Source: Phoronis australis
Taxonomy: Eukaryota; Animalia; Phoronida
Reading direction: 5' to 3'
DNA length: 64,000 nucleotides
NCBI GenBank assembly: GCA_002633005.1
Contig: NMRA01000561.1
Location: 181,860 to 245,859, forward strand
The position numbers and the translations under genes were made by a program. How positions within the stretch are numbered: position 1 is the stretch's first letter; each line of letters opens with the position of its first letter. A model generated the notes under the pieces. That model was not told the DNA's origin. It made no database searches and saw only the letters and a program-made list of their open reading frames with translations. This document shows positions 40,001-52,755 of this stretch, piece after piece.

Positions 40001-43000
40001 NNNNNNNNNNNNNNNNNNNNNNNNNNNNNNNNNNNNNNNNNNNNNNNNNNNNNNNNNNNNNNNNNNNNNNNNNNNNNNNNNNNNNNNNNNNNNNNNNNNN
40101 NNNCCCCCCTCCCATACAGATTTTACTGGAACAGCCCTTACTAGTTTTGTGTGAGTCAGTGGTCTATCCGGTGCAAGCACACGTTTTGATGAACTCTTGA
40201 GATACCTGACCATTACCATGTATGGCAAACAACAAAAAAGTTATTATGGTTATTGTGAAAGTTCTTAGAGTTGTTTACTGCCATTTTTTGTAAAACTTGG
40301 ACGTTTAGTGTATGCAGCCCGTACATTTGTAACTTGTATATAAGCCGTACATCTGTCTAATAAAGACCGTCCTCACTTTGCTGCTGCCAGATAATGTAAG
40401 TATGGTGTTCTACACTTAGTTATTACAATCATCTCATTGACTGACTGAGACACACAACCACACACAGCGCTGCTGCTAAGTTAGACTCTAATTCCTACAC
40501 TACACAACAAATATACTAAATAAATGTCAAATAGTTACACTTACTCTCTTCAAACCATCTAACTGGTAACTAATTTCACTAAGTTTTTTCTCATTCTTTT
40601 GAAACTCCTGTTGTATTAATATAATCTCCTTTTCTTCGTCTGTCACTTCCACACTAGGCTGAAATCAGAGAAATGAAAACAACATCTTGTGAGATTTCAA
40701 ATCTAACGTTTTTGCTACTGAATTTTGTGGAGGCAGTGTGGCCTGGTTAAGTGTCTGGCTCCTGTTTTCAAGGTTATGTTTTCAACTTCCACACGACACC
40801 ACTGATAGACTCTTGAGTCAGGTATCCCGCTCCTCAGTTCAGTCTAAATTTGTGTACATGCGTTATATGTATAGGTGTGTGTTAGGACATATGTCGAGTC
40901 GGAATATCATTTTGTTATCGAATGCCCATTCTACGATGACCTTAGGAAACGATATTTGCCTGCATGGAGCTACAACAATCCCAATGTTACAAAATTCTCA
41001 TGACTATGGAGGAAAAAGATCTTATATGGTCAACATGTAAATATGTTCATTTCGCATTCAAGCGAAGAAGAATTCGGTTTACTTCTAGTGTTTGACACTT
41101 ACCTTTATTGTATTTGATGATTTGATGATTTGATTGTAACAAGGGCCGGAGGCCTAGTTATTGAATAAATATATATATGTATAGGACTCTAAATTGAAAA
41201 AAAATGTTTCAGGTGTTTGGTGCAATGGGCCTGGCTGAGCATCCTGTTTACATCTGATGCAGAGGATATCAGACCACCCAGTGCATTATCTTTTTATCAC
41301 ATTTTGCTCAAAATCATAAAGCAAACAACCGAGTGAAAACAGCCACATTATGTTTTTCTAAAACTCCCTCAACCCCACACCCCACGAACCCTCAACCCCT
41401 TGACCAACCACTTACAATACCTAAGGCCGGGTTCGGCGTCGTCAAGTTATCGACTCACCTTCGTCTTCACTGGGTCTGACTGGTATTAAAATACCAGTGT
41501 TCACTGTGTGTATTTTTTTAAATTTAAGAGAGTGAATTCTGCAAGTTTGAAAGCCAAAACTAGGAAAAAAAACGACACAAGAAAATCAAATCAAAGACCT
41601 ACCAACATTACAAATATCGTTCCCGGTAGAGTGAAATGGACTCGCCAGCTAATCAGTGATTCGCAGATTCAATTTTTTGGGAGAGTGCGAGGAAACCATG
41701 GATATGTAATTTCTTCAGTAAATACAGTTTGAAAAAAAAAACCTTGAAATAAAAAAGTATCTCAAAGTAACATGGAGTTTATAGTAAACGAGTACACAAA
41801 AGAAAGCAAATAATAAAAATGTGAAATTATGTATACACTAGCGTTCTCTCTACCTAAGTACAGTAGAACAGGGTCATTGGTAGCCGCTCATGGAACTATT
41901 TCCATGACAACGTTAGCACACTCACAATCCATCATTTCAAATTATGTTCTTACACCACCTTCTGTTTTTAACCACCAGCCTTGAGTCAAAGCAAATTCGT
42001 ATCTTATGGGAAAGTCACTCAGCGATGTAATAAGATTATGAAATTTGTAAAAAGCGCAGATACCTCTATCGCCGCAGATGTGGGTCGAGGGTTTGTGGGT
42101 CGTGAGGATCATAAGGTTTGGGGGTCGAGGGGGGTTTTTGAACATCTTGTCACAAAAATACAATTTCAACAAAAAAATAATTTGTTTCGAGAAATACTGG
42201 ACAATAATAGCAGAAATTGATGAAACATGAGAATGCAAATGATACAAAACCTGTTACCAAGGTGAAAAAACAGTTCAATGCTGAAAGGAATGATTGCACT
42301 GAGGACACTGAACAAAACCAAAAAGTGTTTTTTTGGTATTTAAAATCACCAATTTCGAACAAATTAATATAACCAAATTTGATCTCGTTTCATTTTTCAA
42401 AGGCTTCTAATATTGTTTTGAATGTCATCAATTTTCCCAAACATTGCTTGATGACAACTAGAACTTTACAATTTTAATAGCCTAGGTTTGCTGCTACTTT
42501 CATTTCATGATAAACGCTAGTGCCAATGGAGGCGGTAAAAGTGCACCTTCCAACACCTTGCACTTATTGTCACATACCTTTCTGCCGACGAGCATAATTT
42601 TACAGCCCTTCGAGATTCCGAGATCACCAAGTAAATCCTTTGGATTGACAAGAGACTTGCCTGAATAATAACATTCAAAGCTTTAATGACTGATGAAGAT
42701 GAATTGAGCAAGAATGTATCAAAATTCAATGTTATCACAATATCAACATTTTACAAAATGTTTTACCACAAAAATGCGCCGTATGTGTTGACTACTCAGG
42801 GCTATGTGCGTATATGAGGAGCTAAATCTGGGAATAGGCGCATGTGCCTACTACCCGCAAAATAGTAAATTCAAGGAGAAAATAATTGATTAACAAGACT
42901 ATCTATGAAGATTGACTTGTTCAGTAGAAAACGATGGTTGTTGATTAGACAAAATGCAAGACAAAAACACACAGTTTTGGACATACACAAGGGATGGACA

Positions 43001-44996
43001 ACTGTGGCTTAGCCACAGTTGGTGCATCCACCAAATATGCAATGTCAATATGTTTGCAAAGAAACAAATTATTCTAAATCAGAGTGTCATGGGTCCAAAT
43101 ATGCTCTTAGCAGCTAAGTTTTCTGTTAACGCATAATTAAAAGGCCAAAGTAAACACAACAAACAAATTTTGTCTAGAGAACTTTCAATTCAGAAAGCAT
43201 ACAGAGATATAAGAGCACACACACACAACATACGTGCACGTACATGCACACACACACACACGAACACACACACATAGTAACACAAAGGAAAAATAAACAC
43301 AATCATTCATGTACACACCAGCTTTTAAACTTCTAACTAGCATTTTACAAACATTGCAAAGGATAAAAATGGTTTTCATAATCTCAAAAACTTGCCTAAA
43401 TGTTATAGACTACTTGCTGTTATGAAAGTGGTCACAAATCGTAGTCCAATTAGAGGTGACCTCTGGGCTTGGAAACAACTGACAGTTCGCTATTGCTCAA
43501 GGTCAGGCTCTATAAACTGACAGTTCACTATTGCTCAAGGTCAGGCTCTATAAACTGACAGTTCACTATTGCTCAACGTCAGGCTCTATAATCTGACAGT
43601 TCACTGTTACTCAAGGTCAGGCTCTATAAACTGATAGTTCACTATTGCTCAACGTTAGGCTCTATAACCTGACAGTTCACTATTGCTCAAGGTCAGGTTC
43701 TATAAACTGACTTGTCATGGAATGTCATTTTATGTGCCAAGCATGGTCTCAGCATTAGCAAACCATTAAACATGTCCAAGCCCACCAATCTGATTTAAGC
43801 GTGGTTTGATAAGTTGGCAGAGTTTACAGAGCCTTTTAACTTCCACACACGAATACATTTTATTGCAATGGAAACTGAGACCAATTAGTAGCATTCATGG
43901 ATACCTTTGAATATCAGTTTCTGTTTATCTATGGGAACCTCTGTGACTTGCTCAACATGTTTTGCTAGATGCTCCACCAGGAGGCGCTCACCCTCCTCTT
44001 CAGAAGAAAGTCGGACTGTTATGTTGTGCTTCTTATTACCTATAACAGACCAAAAGACAAATTTTTGGCTGTAACAGAAGGATATTTGAATAAATATATA
44101 TGCTGCTTCAATTAAGGTCTAATACAAGTAGATTGTGAAAAATGTTCGCAACATTACTTGTTATACAGTGACAAAAATGCGAATTAACTTGGTTACAGCT
44201 GGTGCTAAAAATTGCCCATTGTGCATTCTGCTACCCAGGTGAATATCATGAGCTATGATCATGAGCACTTGCAGGCTTTGAGAAGTATAACAATACAGAG
44301 CATCAGCAATTGATCAATCCTTCAATAAACTCTTCTTTTCAAAAGTTTAAGTACCATTTGAAACAAAATAACATAACTGTTTGTATTAATTTCTACCATT
44401 AAACTGCATTCTTGCACAAATTTTAGATTGGCGAAGTCAGTGTCTCTCAAAACAATGACTTTAACAAAACACAATATCAAGGAGCTGGCGTATGCCACGA
44501 GCGCAGCTATTTTGAAGATGTCAACAGGCTTTTCTTCACTGATGCTATAAGAACAAAAAAATTGCTAGATTGATCCAAGTACAAGACATTTATTGCAGGA
44601 ATTGACGATTTTCATGTTTATGTGACCAGAACAGACTAGTTAGTTGTTGTTTCAATGCTGAATTTCTAAACGACTCATGTATTCAAGCACTCGGCATTTT
44701 GATATAAATTCCATGGGCATATGATCGAAAATACTAGACACAAACGTAGTCGTAAAGACTTAGCTAGTCATGTCAACTTCGACTCTAGGTAATGACCATC
44801 GCCTCAGACTCAGAGGCGATGGTCATTGCCTACTTCGACTCAACAACTGGAGTCACTAGACGAGCTGATTATTTATCCCGGGCGTGTAGCCAGTATAATT
44901 CAAAGTGAAGCAAATGTTCAACAGTTACTTTTTCACTCATTTCCAATAAAAAATCCCAACTTCAAACAACAAACCATGAAAAAGGACTAAGTCCAT
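37062..44996 (-). CDS. BAG1: BAG family molecular chaperone regulator 1 (ubiquitin-like + BAG domain), ~199 aa, 6 exons
   Basis: Exons 44996-44975 (MDLVLFHG), 44039-43905 (NKKHNITV...VEHLAKHVEQVTEVPIDKQKLIFKG), 42660-42578 (KSLVNP...GCKIMLVGRK), 40658-40545 (...ISYQLDGLKR), 38521-38351 (GFIPK...MKLLERLDGL...RAERKKMVDKIQ), 37136-37062 (KHLQKCD...*). 600 nt in frame, matching BAG1 motifs QKLIFKGKSL, GCRVMLIGKK, GFLPK, KRKGLVKKVQ. The start may be at 45030 if a 1-nt indel is an error. Confidence 0.9.
37970..38105 (-). mobile_element. Penelope-like retroelement N-terminal fragment
   Basis: Frameshifted FVRKLDTTQY/KLSNKRFSRVFNEVFVNEGLLPNYTN resembles the RKLE...FN..C..EGLLPKYT leader of Penelope-like ORFs, from memory. 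Confidence 0.45.
39370..40137. mobile_element. PIF/Harbinger-like non-autonomous element spanning an N gap
   Basis: TIR GGGCTGTTCCAGCAAAATCTGTGTGGGAGGGGG / CCCCCTCCCATACAGATTTTACTGGAACAGCCC, with TTA TSD at 39367-39369 and 40138-40140. Confidence 0.75.
41350..42146. mobile_element. Degenerate MITE-like element with GC-rich inverted ends
   Basis: ATGTTTTTCTAAAACTCCCTCAACCCC...CCCTCAACCCC versus GGGTCGAGGG...GGGGTCGAGGGGGGTTTTTGAACAT. No clear TSD. Confidence 0.4.
43477..43710. repeat. 38-bp minisatellite (~6 copies) in BAG1 intron 2
   Basis: Unit AACTGACAGTTCACTATTGCTCAAGGTCAGGCTCTATA. Confidence 0.92.
44786..44832. mobile_element. 47-bp hairpin insertion with 9-bp TSD (minimal Mutator-like MITE)
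   Basis: TAGGTAATGACCATCGCCTC-AGACTCA-GAGGCGATGGTCATTGCCTA, flanked by CTTCGACTC at 44777-44785 and 44833-44841. Confidence 0.7.
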
Positions 44997-45341
44997 GCTC
45001 GGAATCCCATCTGCAGCAAAACGTCGCCATGATTGTTGACAACTGTAAATGAGGTCACAATTTTACCGTAACAATCAAGTAAAAAAGGCAAAATTTACCT
45101 TTCTTGTTGTCTCTCAATTAAAAGTAAGCAGTGTAAAGGGTCGATGGAAGTTTATAAAACGCATAATTTGCAATTTAGCTGATAAATTACTGGTAAAAAT
45201 AACAGTGACAATGTTACAAATGAGTAAAATATTAGATTTTTGGCTTATTTGTGCGATATGCGCAACGAGTGTGCGCGTTACGATTGTTTATGATCTCCAG
45301 GACGAATGTGAAATTGATCAACGACTAGTTGCCTCACAGAA

Positions 45342-48300
45342 ATGGAAGCAATAACCACAGTTCACGAATTTCCAATGAGCGAAGAGAAGACAGTTTTTAC
45401 TGGTTCGTCGCCGGAAGACAAGGCATATGCAAAGACGTTTTGGCAATCAGTGAATTTACAGCCGACATTAGAATCTCGACTTGTGTCCAGTGACATTAGG
45501 CAACGATTGAAAGTTGCACCTCCTGGCGGCCAAAGTGGGTGCATTTACTAATAGGACACGCCAATCTATTGAGTATCATTGTATAAAGAGAAGCAGAAAG
45601 GCGGTTATCAGTTTTCTTGTCAACGTATTTGTCTGACAACCGCTCGCTAAAACTTTTTTATTTGACAGCAATGAAAATTTTGATGTGATGACCAACCTAC
45701 AGGACTATACTTAGTAACTAAACACCTCACCAAAAGTCGAAAGTTTGGAAATTTGTTCTTATTATTTTGGTTTAATTAAATCATGTTGCATACCAAAACC
45801 CTGTCATTCCCCTTTCCAACAATAAATATTTATCCTGTTTAGTAACTAAATGTTGCCAAAGAGGGCTCAGTCTCAACAGTGAATGTTGCAAATTCAGTTG
45901 GAGCTATATGTGTAGTATGCAAGAAGTTTGAGCATTCAGCATTTTGCATGCAGCAATTACAGTGCTGGTTCCATGGTAGTAAAAACTTATGACAATGCTT
46001 GAAACATTTTATTTATTGAACAAGTTATACACACAGTAGTGATAGTCTGACTGATAAACAACCTAGGTTTGACGAACCATTCGCAGTCACTACAATGACA
46101 CACCTTCTTCGCACTAGGCACGCTGTTATGGAGGCGCGTTGCTGTATGATGGCATTCTATTCCTGAAATCAGTGGCCGTGGTGCCACAACATTCTGGGAA
46201 ACACCAGCATCAATTTGTCCAAGAACTCGAGCCTTGTCTGTAGTAGACAAACGTGGCATACTAATATTGGAGCCAGAACACCAGATTTTCACATTTGAAG
46301 AAAGCTGCAAACTGCATGGGCACTCCAAACACAATTTGCAATTTGTGATTCATACTGAGCCTGCTAACAGCAGTATAATGCCATGTCATGATTCAGCATC
46401 TCACAAATTTGGTGTTTACGGCCCCCGGTGTTAATCACCCTCACATCACAGGTGGTGACACCGCTTGGCAAAAACAGGAAATGAGCAACATTCACTTTGA
46501 GACCAAGCCCTCTCTGGCAGCAAAATATAGTTACTGAGCATATCAAAAATTTACTGACAAAATGTGGTATTGTTGGGAAGGGGCATGACAGCTTTCCATT
46601 GGTATGTAATGTGATTTAAATATACCAAAAGTAATGAGAACACGGATGAGTGAACACAACTTTCCAAACTAAGGTGTTTATATAGCCCCAGTACCCCATT
46701 GGCAATGCACTCTTCTGTTGAAATTCCTTAGCAGATTAAAATTCCATAATTCTGATTAATGCATCTCATTCTTTCACTAGAAATCCTGGTGTAACTATGA
46801 TTTTTATTTTTAAGGGTTGATTACCCAAAAAGCAGGAAATAAAAAAGCCTATTCAATATATGGGGCATGGCTAATGAGTTACAAATTGGGTTTACAAATT
46901 CAGACACACCACCTACCTCAGAAAAGGGAACTTTTGTCGAGTTTGTATTATATAACTCTGAAAGTGAACCATTTAATGGGGATTCATGGGCTTCTGACTT
47001 TTCGTATGAAAACGTAGGTCATAAAAATAGTCGAGCTTCGACTGAGCTGCATCTCATGCACACGTGTATCTTCTACAGGAGCCCCCCCCCGCTTGGTGAT
47101 CATCTTCCACTGGAGTTTCCCAAAGGCTTGATAATAACTTTTGGTAGTAAACTACTAATCTGTATCAAAATCTAGGGTGAAATATGAATCTCATGAAATG
47201 AATTTATTGGGAATTCCTATGCTGACCTTTTACAGGGTCATTAAGGACATAGAGGTTCTGGGTATAATTTACTAAGAGAGAGGACAGCTAGAGAACTAAC
47301 TCTCGTAGTCTTTGCATGCTCCACAGAGAATGAGTACTTTTTATTCATTTACTGCTTTTTGGCAATATTCAAATTGACGCAGGCAATTTTCACTGCAGGA
47401 AACATGTAAAAAATAATTATTGTCCAGTTTGTCACATCATCTTTGTTAATTGATACGTGTCTGCATTGGAGCTGCCCTACTGGTTGCGCTTCATGCCAAA
47501 TTGTTCTCCAAGTAAAATATGAGTTGACACTGTACTGGCACTTGTTCTAACTTTGATGCACTGTAGAACAAACTTTTGGATTCGAATAAAATGGACACCT
47601 GCATTTTGGGCTTGAAGGGGGTCAGTAGTTTCCATGTTGGCTTAGAATTGTGCCCCTCGCACGATAGGCCTTTTGAAATTGACATGCAAGGTCATTGAAA
47701 TCAATTATTTGTGAACCCTGCTCTTCAAAAACACACCTTAGCAAAGGGTTTGTGGTCCTGGATGAGAAGATAATTGTTTGATTAGCCCCTACGGATCCAC
47801 AGAGGAGCCCTTGTGCATCCATAAAGGAGCCCCTACGGATTCATAATTAGAGGAACCCCTACGGATCCATAGAGCCCCTATGGATCCATAGAGGAGCCCC
47901 TACGGATCCATAATTAGAGGAGCCCCTACGGATCCATAGAGGATCCCCAAATGTGCAATTCTCGATAAAACTGTGTCCTGGTTTTCATATTTAAAGCAAC
48001 TATTTTTTAAGAACGAACACTAATGACCGCGGGTCATCGTTACAGTACAGGTGTACTGTTCTCCTATTTCCCTATCCATCGAATAATAAGTGAGATGAAC
48101 GGGTTGACAAAGGGCTCGTGTCTTGTGCTGATTCTGCGTTAACTTCCATTACGAGTCCTAATGTACCACTCCCTATTAATAGTAGCATTTCTTGGGTGTT
48201 TGGTCCGTTGAAAACGTTAAAATCAGCAGATGAGAATTTCAGCTCTGAGGTATCTTTATTTATTGAAATAGGTGACAAGGTTGTTTAATTTGTAAATTTC

Positions 48301-50777
48301 TGTCAGTTTCATTAATTTGTTATTTGGAATGCAATCTAGTTGTAGCGTTTTCTCTTCCAGAGATAAACGTAACATATGTCCCAGTGGAAGACCCTCCACG
48401 TAAGTACATTTACTTGAATGTAGAAGTTGTCATTAATACAATATAAAACAGCTGTTGACCATCATGAGCTCTGTGAAGTTGATTTAGGTTTGAGTTTACA
48501 CTGAGTACATACCGGTAGCTATCTATTCACTCATTTTTCACAAAAGTTATTTGCAAAAATGGCACTTATTTTCTAAAGTCTGGTTACTTTGCAGGAAACA
48601 AGGGAACTAAATGTTATAACTCTTCCAATTCTAACCAAGCTCATACCAAACTAAGATCTCTTTAATTGAGAATTTTGAAAAATTAAAACTGCACTTGTGT
48701 GCCATATTGTGTGCGTCCTCAGTGGCGGATCTAGGATATCACAAGGGGGGCCCAACATTTTATCCGGCTGTAAGCATTTGCGCAAACTAAACCACGATTG
48801 TAGATGCGCATAGCACTGAATGGGGGAGGTCGGGAGGGGGGTTTGCCCCCCTTCCGCTCAGGAAATTTTTCTGTTTTTACCTCTAAAAATCAAGCATTTT
48901 CCTTGATTCCTGAAGTATTATCCAAGAAAAAAAGGAAAGAAAAACACGGAGAACGTGTCAAACAGGAAAAACTGAACGTACCAAAGACTCGAACTCACGA
49001 CCCGGCGGATAGAGAGCGCGTGCGTTACCACTACACCACCATGATTTGGCTACCGATACTATGATAAGAGGCCTTCTTGTTTATGGTCCACAGCGTTTGC
49101 ACGCGAAACCTACTTCTTTTCGTAATGCTTATTATACCTTTTGTTTTGTGCCATGAATTCGTAACAAATTTGTTGTATTTTAAATAGTCTTCAAATGCCC
49201 AAAAGACCAAATCCGTTTTTCGTGTTGGCAATAATGACGGGATTGCTTTGGAAATCGTCTTAAGATAAGGTTTGACAAAGAGAGTATTGCGAGTTTCTGA
49301 GTGATTCATTAAGGCTTCGATTAAAATTCACATCTTACCAGCAACTTCTGTTTTCTCATCGTCACTCAGGTTCCGTTCTCTTTAAAAAATGAAGTAAATT
49401 TTCTTCATTGCACAGTGGAGCAGACAACGAAAACGGAGTCGTAATGCGCAGCGCCATTGCCGGTCACCTGGGATATCACGGGAGAGCCTATACTTAGCCA
49501 TAGTTCTGTTACGAATGCGCCGTGTTCCGAATTTGACACTTGAAATTGGGGTTTGAGCCCCCCAAAAAACACAAAAACTGCACACATTTAAATCTTTTTT
49601 GATCCGTATAATTTTAATTACCGGGGTTAATTAATAAACTCACCATTTCCCTACGCTCTTACTGTTTTATTTTTTTTTGCGGCAGCCAAGGGGGGGGGGC
49701 TGGGCCCCCCCTCTAAATCCGCCTATGGTCCTGAATAGGTGAAGATTTGATTTAGATAATGTATTTAAACAGAAAGAAACAGACTAAGTGCAGAAATTTG
49801 TTGGTATTTGGGTTGGGTCTAGTTTGTACTGCGTCAAAGAACTTGAGCACGTTTGCAATGGATATCGGCACTGATAATTGCTTTAATTATTGGTTTGAAT
49901 TCAGAGCTGCAAGAGTATTTCACTGATGTTTACTCAAAAGAACAGATGGACCGAGTTCGCAGAATGCAGAGACACGCACACCTGCGGGAAGAAAATTTAC
50001 AAATCTTGAGTAAAAGGAAACACGAAAGGTTTAAGGTAATGTGTGTGCAAAATCTGCTTCAGTAATATGTGTGCAATACCTGTTGGTACTGTTGGTACAA
50101 CAGGAGTGTGGGTGTGGGAACTGTGGTCAGCCAAGAACAGTGTGGTCACTTTTAGTTGATGTGATTTTAAAATCAATTTCAAGTCAACTGAGATCGTTGT
50201 TGGATAATTTGCTGGTTCTTAAGAACTATCACTATCGAATTTCTTTGTCCGAGTGCATGTACCAGGGATAGACAGACAATTGAATGGTGTCTAGGGTTTA
50301 TCCATATTTTCCTATATTTTCTTGTTTACAAACATGTCTGGGGAGGGGTTAACCACTTACTTCTACCGGCAATTTGTTTACAAAATAATGTCAATGCTTT
50401 TTGACTTTTTGAAGTATTCTTTATGGTTGACATGGTTACCATATGTTTTGTAAGCTTTTGAAATAGTCAGTAATAATGGATGATTCCTTATTCAATTCGT
50501 ACCAACTTTATTTATCCAGAAATGAATTGGAAATATGTTGACATATTTTTTTTTCATTTCACATGTAACAAATTCTAGTACATTATGTTTAAAATGTTCA
50601 CTTTATGTTTTATTACAGAAGGAAGAAATATCAAGGGGAAAAGGAATCCAGAATAAAAACTTTGACTTTCCCGACACCAATTACGATGACAATGAGGATG
50701 TAGACTGCATGGATTCTTTGAGACAACTGGACGAGTTTGACTCCAAAAATGGTGGACATAACTCAGACTCAGATTAA
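45342..50777 (+). CDS. HOATZ: Cilia- and flagella-associated protein HOATZ (C11orf88 homolog), ~173 aa, 4 exons
   Basis: Exons 45342-45534, 48361-48399, 49905-50035, 50619-50777 give 522 nt. [19 protein letters not shown]...[18 protein letters not shown] and [22 protein letters not shown] align with human HOATZ VFAGSSEQDANLAKQFWIS...ESQLV...SQRLPVARP and [22 protein letters not shown]. Confidence 0.87.
45721..46678 (-). mobile_element. Internally deleted Tc1/mariner element in HOATZ intron 1
   Basis: TA|AACACCT...AGGTGTT|TA with ~110-bp degenerate TIRs. Minus-strand [26 protein letters not shown] (Tc1 N-terminus) is joined to [13 protein letters not shown] (Tc1 C-terminus). Confidence 0.8.
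47785..47948. repeat. ~20-bp degenerate minisatellite
   Basis: Recurrent GAGCCCCTACGGATCCATAGA. Confidence 0.85.
48720..49727. mobile_element. ~1-kb non-autonomous CAGTGGCGGAT-type DNA transposon with 5-bp TSD, carrying a tRNA-like segment
   Basis: CAGTGGCGGATCTAG...TAAATCCGCCTATG, flanked by GTCCT on both sides. Internal minus-strand GGTGGTGTAGTGGTAACGCAC...GAGTTCGAGTC at ~48980-49040. Confidence 0.78.
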
Positions 50778-52755
50778 TCAGTTACACTGTGCCACAATTA
50801 GCAGTCTTTGTGTCACAATTAGCAGTCTTTGTGTCACGATTCCCCATTTTCCCCTTATGCACGGTTAATCCTGGTGTCAATTCAGCAAAATCCTGATTAT
50901 GGAATCATTTTTACGTTGTTTTTATGAAAGATTTCGCGGTATGTTCCCTGCCATTCCCAAACACAATGATTGAGTATTATAACAAGGAGTCCCCCCCCCC
51001 GCCAGCGTCCAGATGCCATGACAGAGAATTTGATACATCCAGTTATTGGTGACGTACATGGTACACTCTGCTCTTCATTGCCATGACAGTATGTATTATC
51101 TGCTTCATGTTATGAAACGTTCCCTAGAAATATGGTGCCAACATTTGACTCTCATGAGAAATCTATTTAATAAAGAACCCTTGAACAACATTATCGTGTC
51201 AAAAACAACCCTGCTAGTTGATCACTTATTTACATGGAGCCCCCTTATACTCTGAATGACATTTGAATTAACTAGTTAACTCATGAGCATTCATTGGTAC
51301 AACCTTTTTAACTTATCTTTTAAAAGGATAACAAACCTGCTTTCGGCCTATTAACAGATACTAAAATGACTTTCCTGATATCAAGTTCTCTAAAATAAAA
51401 TAATTTGCTCTGCAACCCTCGACAACCCTCGAAAGTTTAGAGGAAAAGTTGAATCTCCTTTCAAAGTCAGCTAACCGGCAAGCATGACCTATTTTTCAAG
51501 CACATTGCTGTGGGCCCCATTTCAAACTCACTAAAACACAAATAATGAACAACAGAGACAAAACTATCAACCTTAAACTCTTAAATGAACATGCTGATCA
51601 TTCTACGGCAGTTCTACACAAGGTGTGAACAAAATGCAGTTTTACTTAGTGCTAAATAGACTGAAATACATTATGCAAACAATAACATAAAACCCGTGTG
51701 CACTTTTAAAAACAAATGTTACCCCTACTAGATTGCAGGGTAAAATCATGGCATACACAGTCCTTTGTTCTACTCAGCACTATGTGTATACAGATAATAG
51801 TGCTTTTAGGCCACTAGTGTCAGTTCAGAATAGTTCACAACTAACTATAGAAACACATCTCAAGACTTACTTCAACTAGCTACTTTACACAGATCTTAAA
51901 AGGCAGTTATCTACTTGTAATGGCACACTGCATGCCGTGGGTCCACTTGCCTGATAGGGTGGTTATTACAGGGTTCGGACAGCTTGTGAAAAAGTAGGAA
52001 TATTTTTGAACTACTGTCATAGCCAAATAGTAAAAACTGTTCCAAGATTCATATTAATGTCCAAGCTTTGGTCATGGGGCCTTCCTTGTTTTATTGGCTT
52101 CATTTACCATTTCAAGTCTATCTACTCCTGTGCCTTTGCATGATGTTTGAGTAAGTCACTTTATTTTGCAAAATGTTGATTTCATTTTGAACTTGAAATG
52201 AAGACATTTTGGTAATTTTGATTTGAATCGATAAACTTCCAATGAGACACAAATGCACCTTAAATGATATCTTGTGTCTCACATATATAATAATTTCCAA
52301 TTATAGAACACAGTAATAGAGTCGGTGAGGAAGAAAGTAGGAAAAAATCAAGAAAGTCCTTTCATATAATTTTCAAAAAGCAAGAAACTACAGAAATAGT
52401 AGGAAAAGTAGGACATTTTTTAAGCTGTACCAACCCTGCATGGATCTTGTGAGGTGGACTGGCTGAACTATCCAATCACAGAACAGGAAAATCGTGGCCC
52501 ACATACAATCAACCAATCACAAGAGTCCCTGCCTACGTTTTCAAGTAGTGTTAATGCAGTGCAGGCCATGTCCCATGGTAATGTCGATCAAAAACAATAC
52601 AGACTGTTTATATGCATGCTTAGAATGATGAGAATCAAGGGAAACACACACTCCTCTTTCCCCTAGCATTATGGTGTATGCTTCCACAGATTTGTCATTT
52701 CTGGGCACATGTGGGAGCTACGAAAATGCAGAATGGTTAATGATGTGAACGGCAC

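Noticed and set aside
43477-43710. Regular 38-bp repeats resembling a CRISPR array (also other arrays in the window)
   Set aside because: Units are contiguous with no unique spacers, there are no cas genes, and the context is a eukaryotic intron.
43980-43991. Internal GTGAGC donor in BAG1 exon 2
   Set aside because: Homology to the BAG1 ubiquitin-like domain continues in frame to the donor at 43904.
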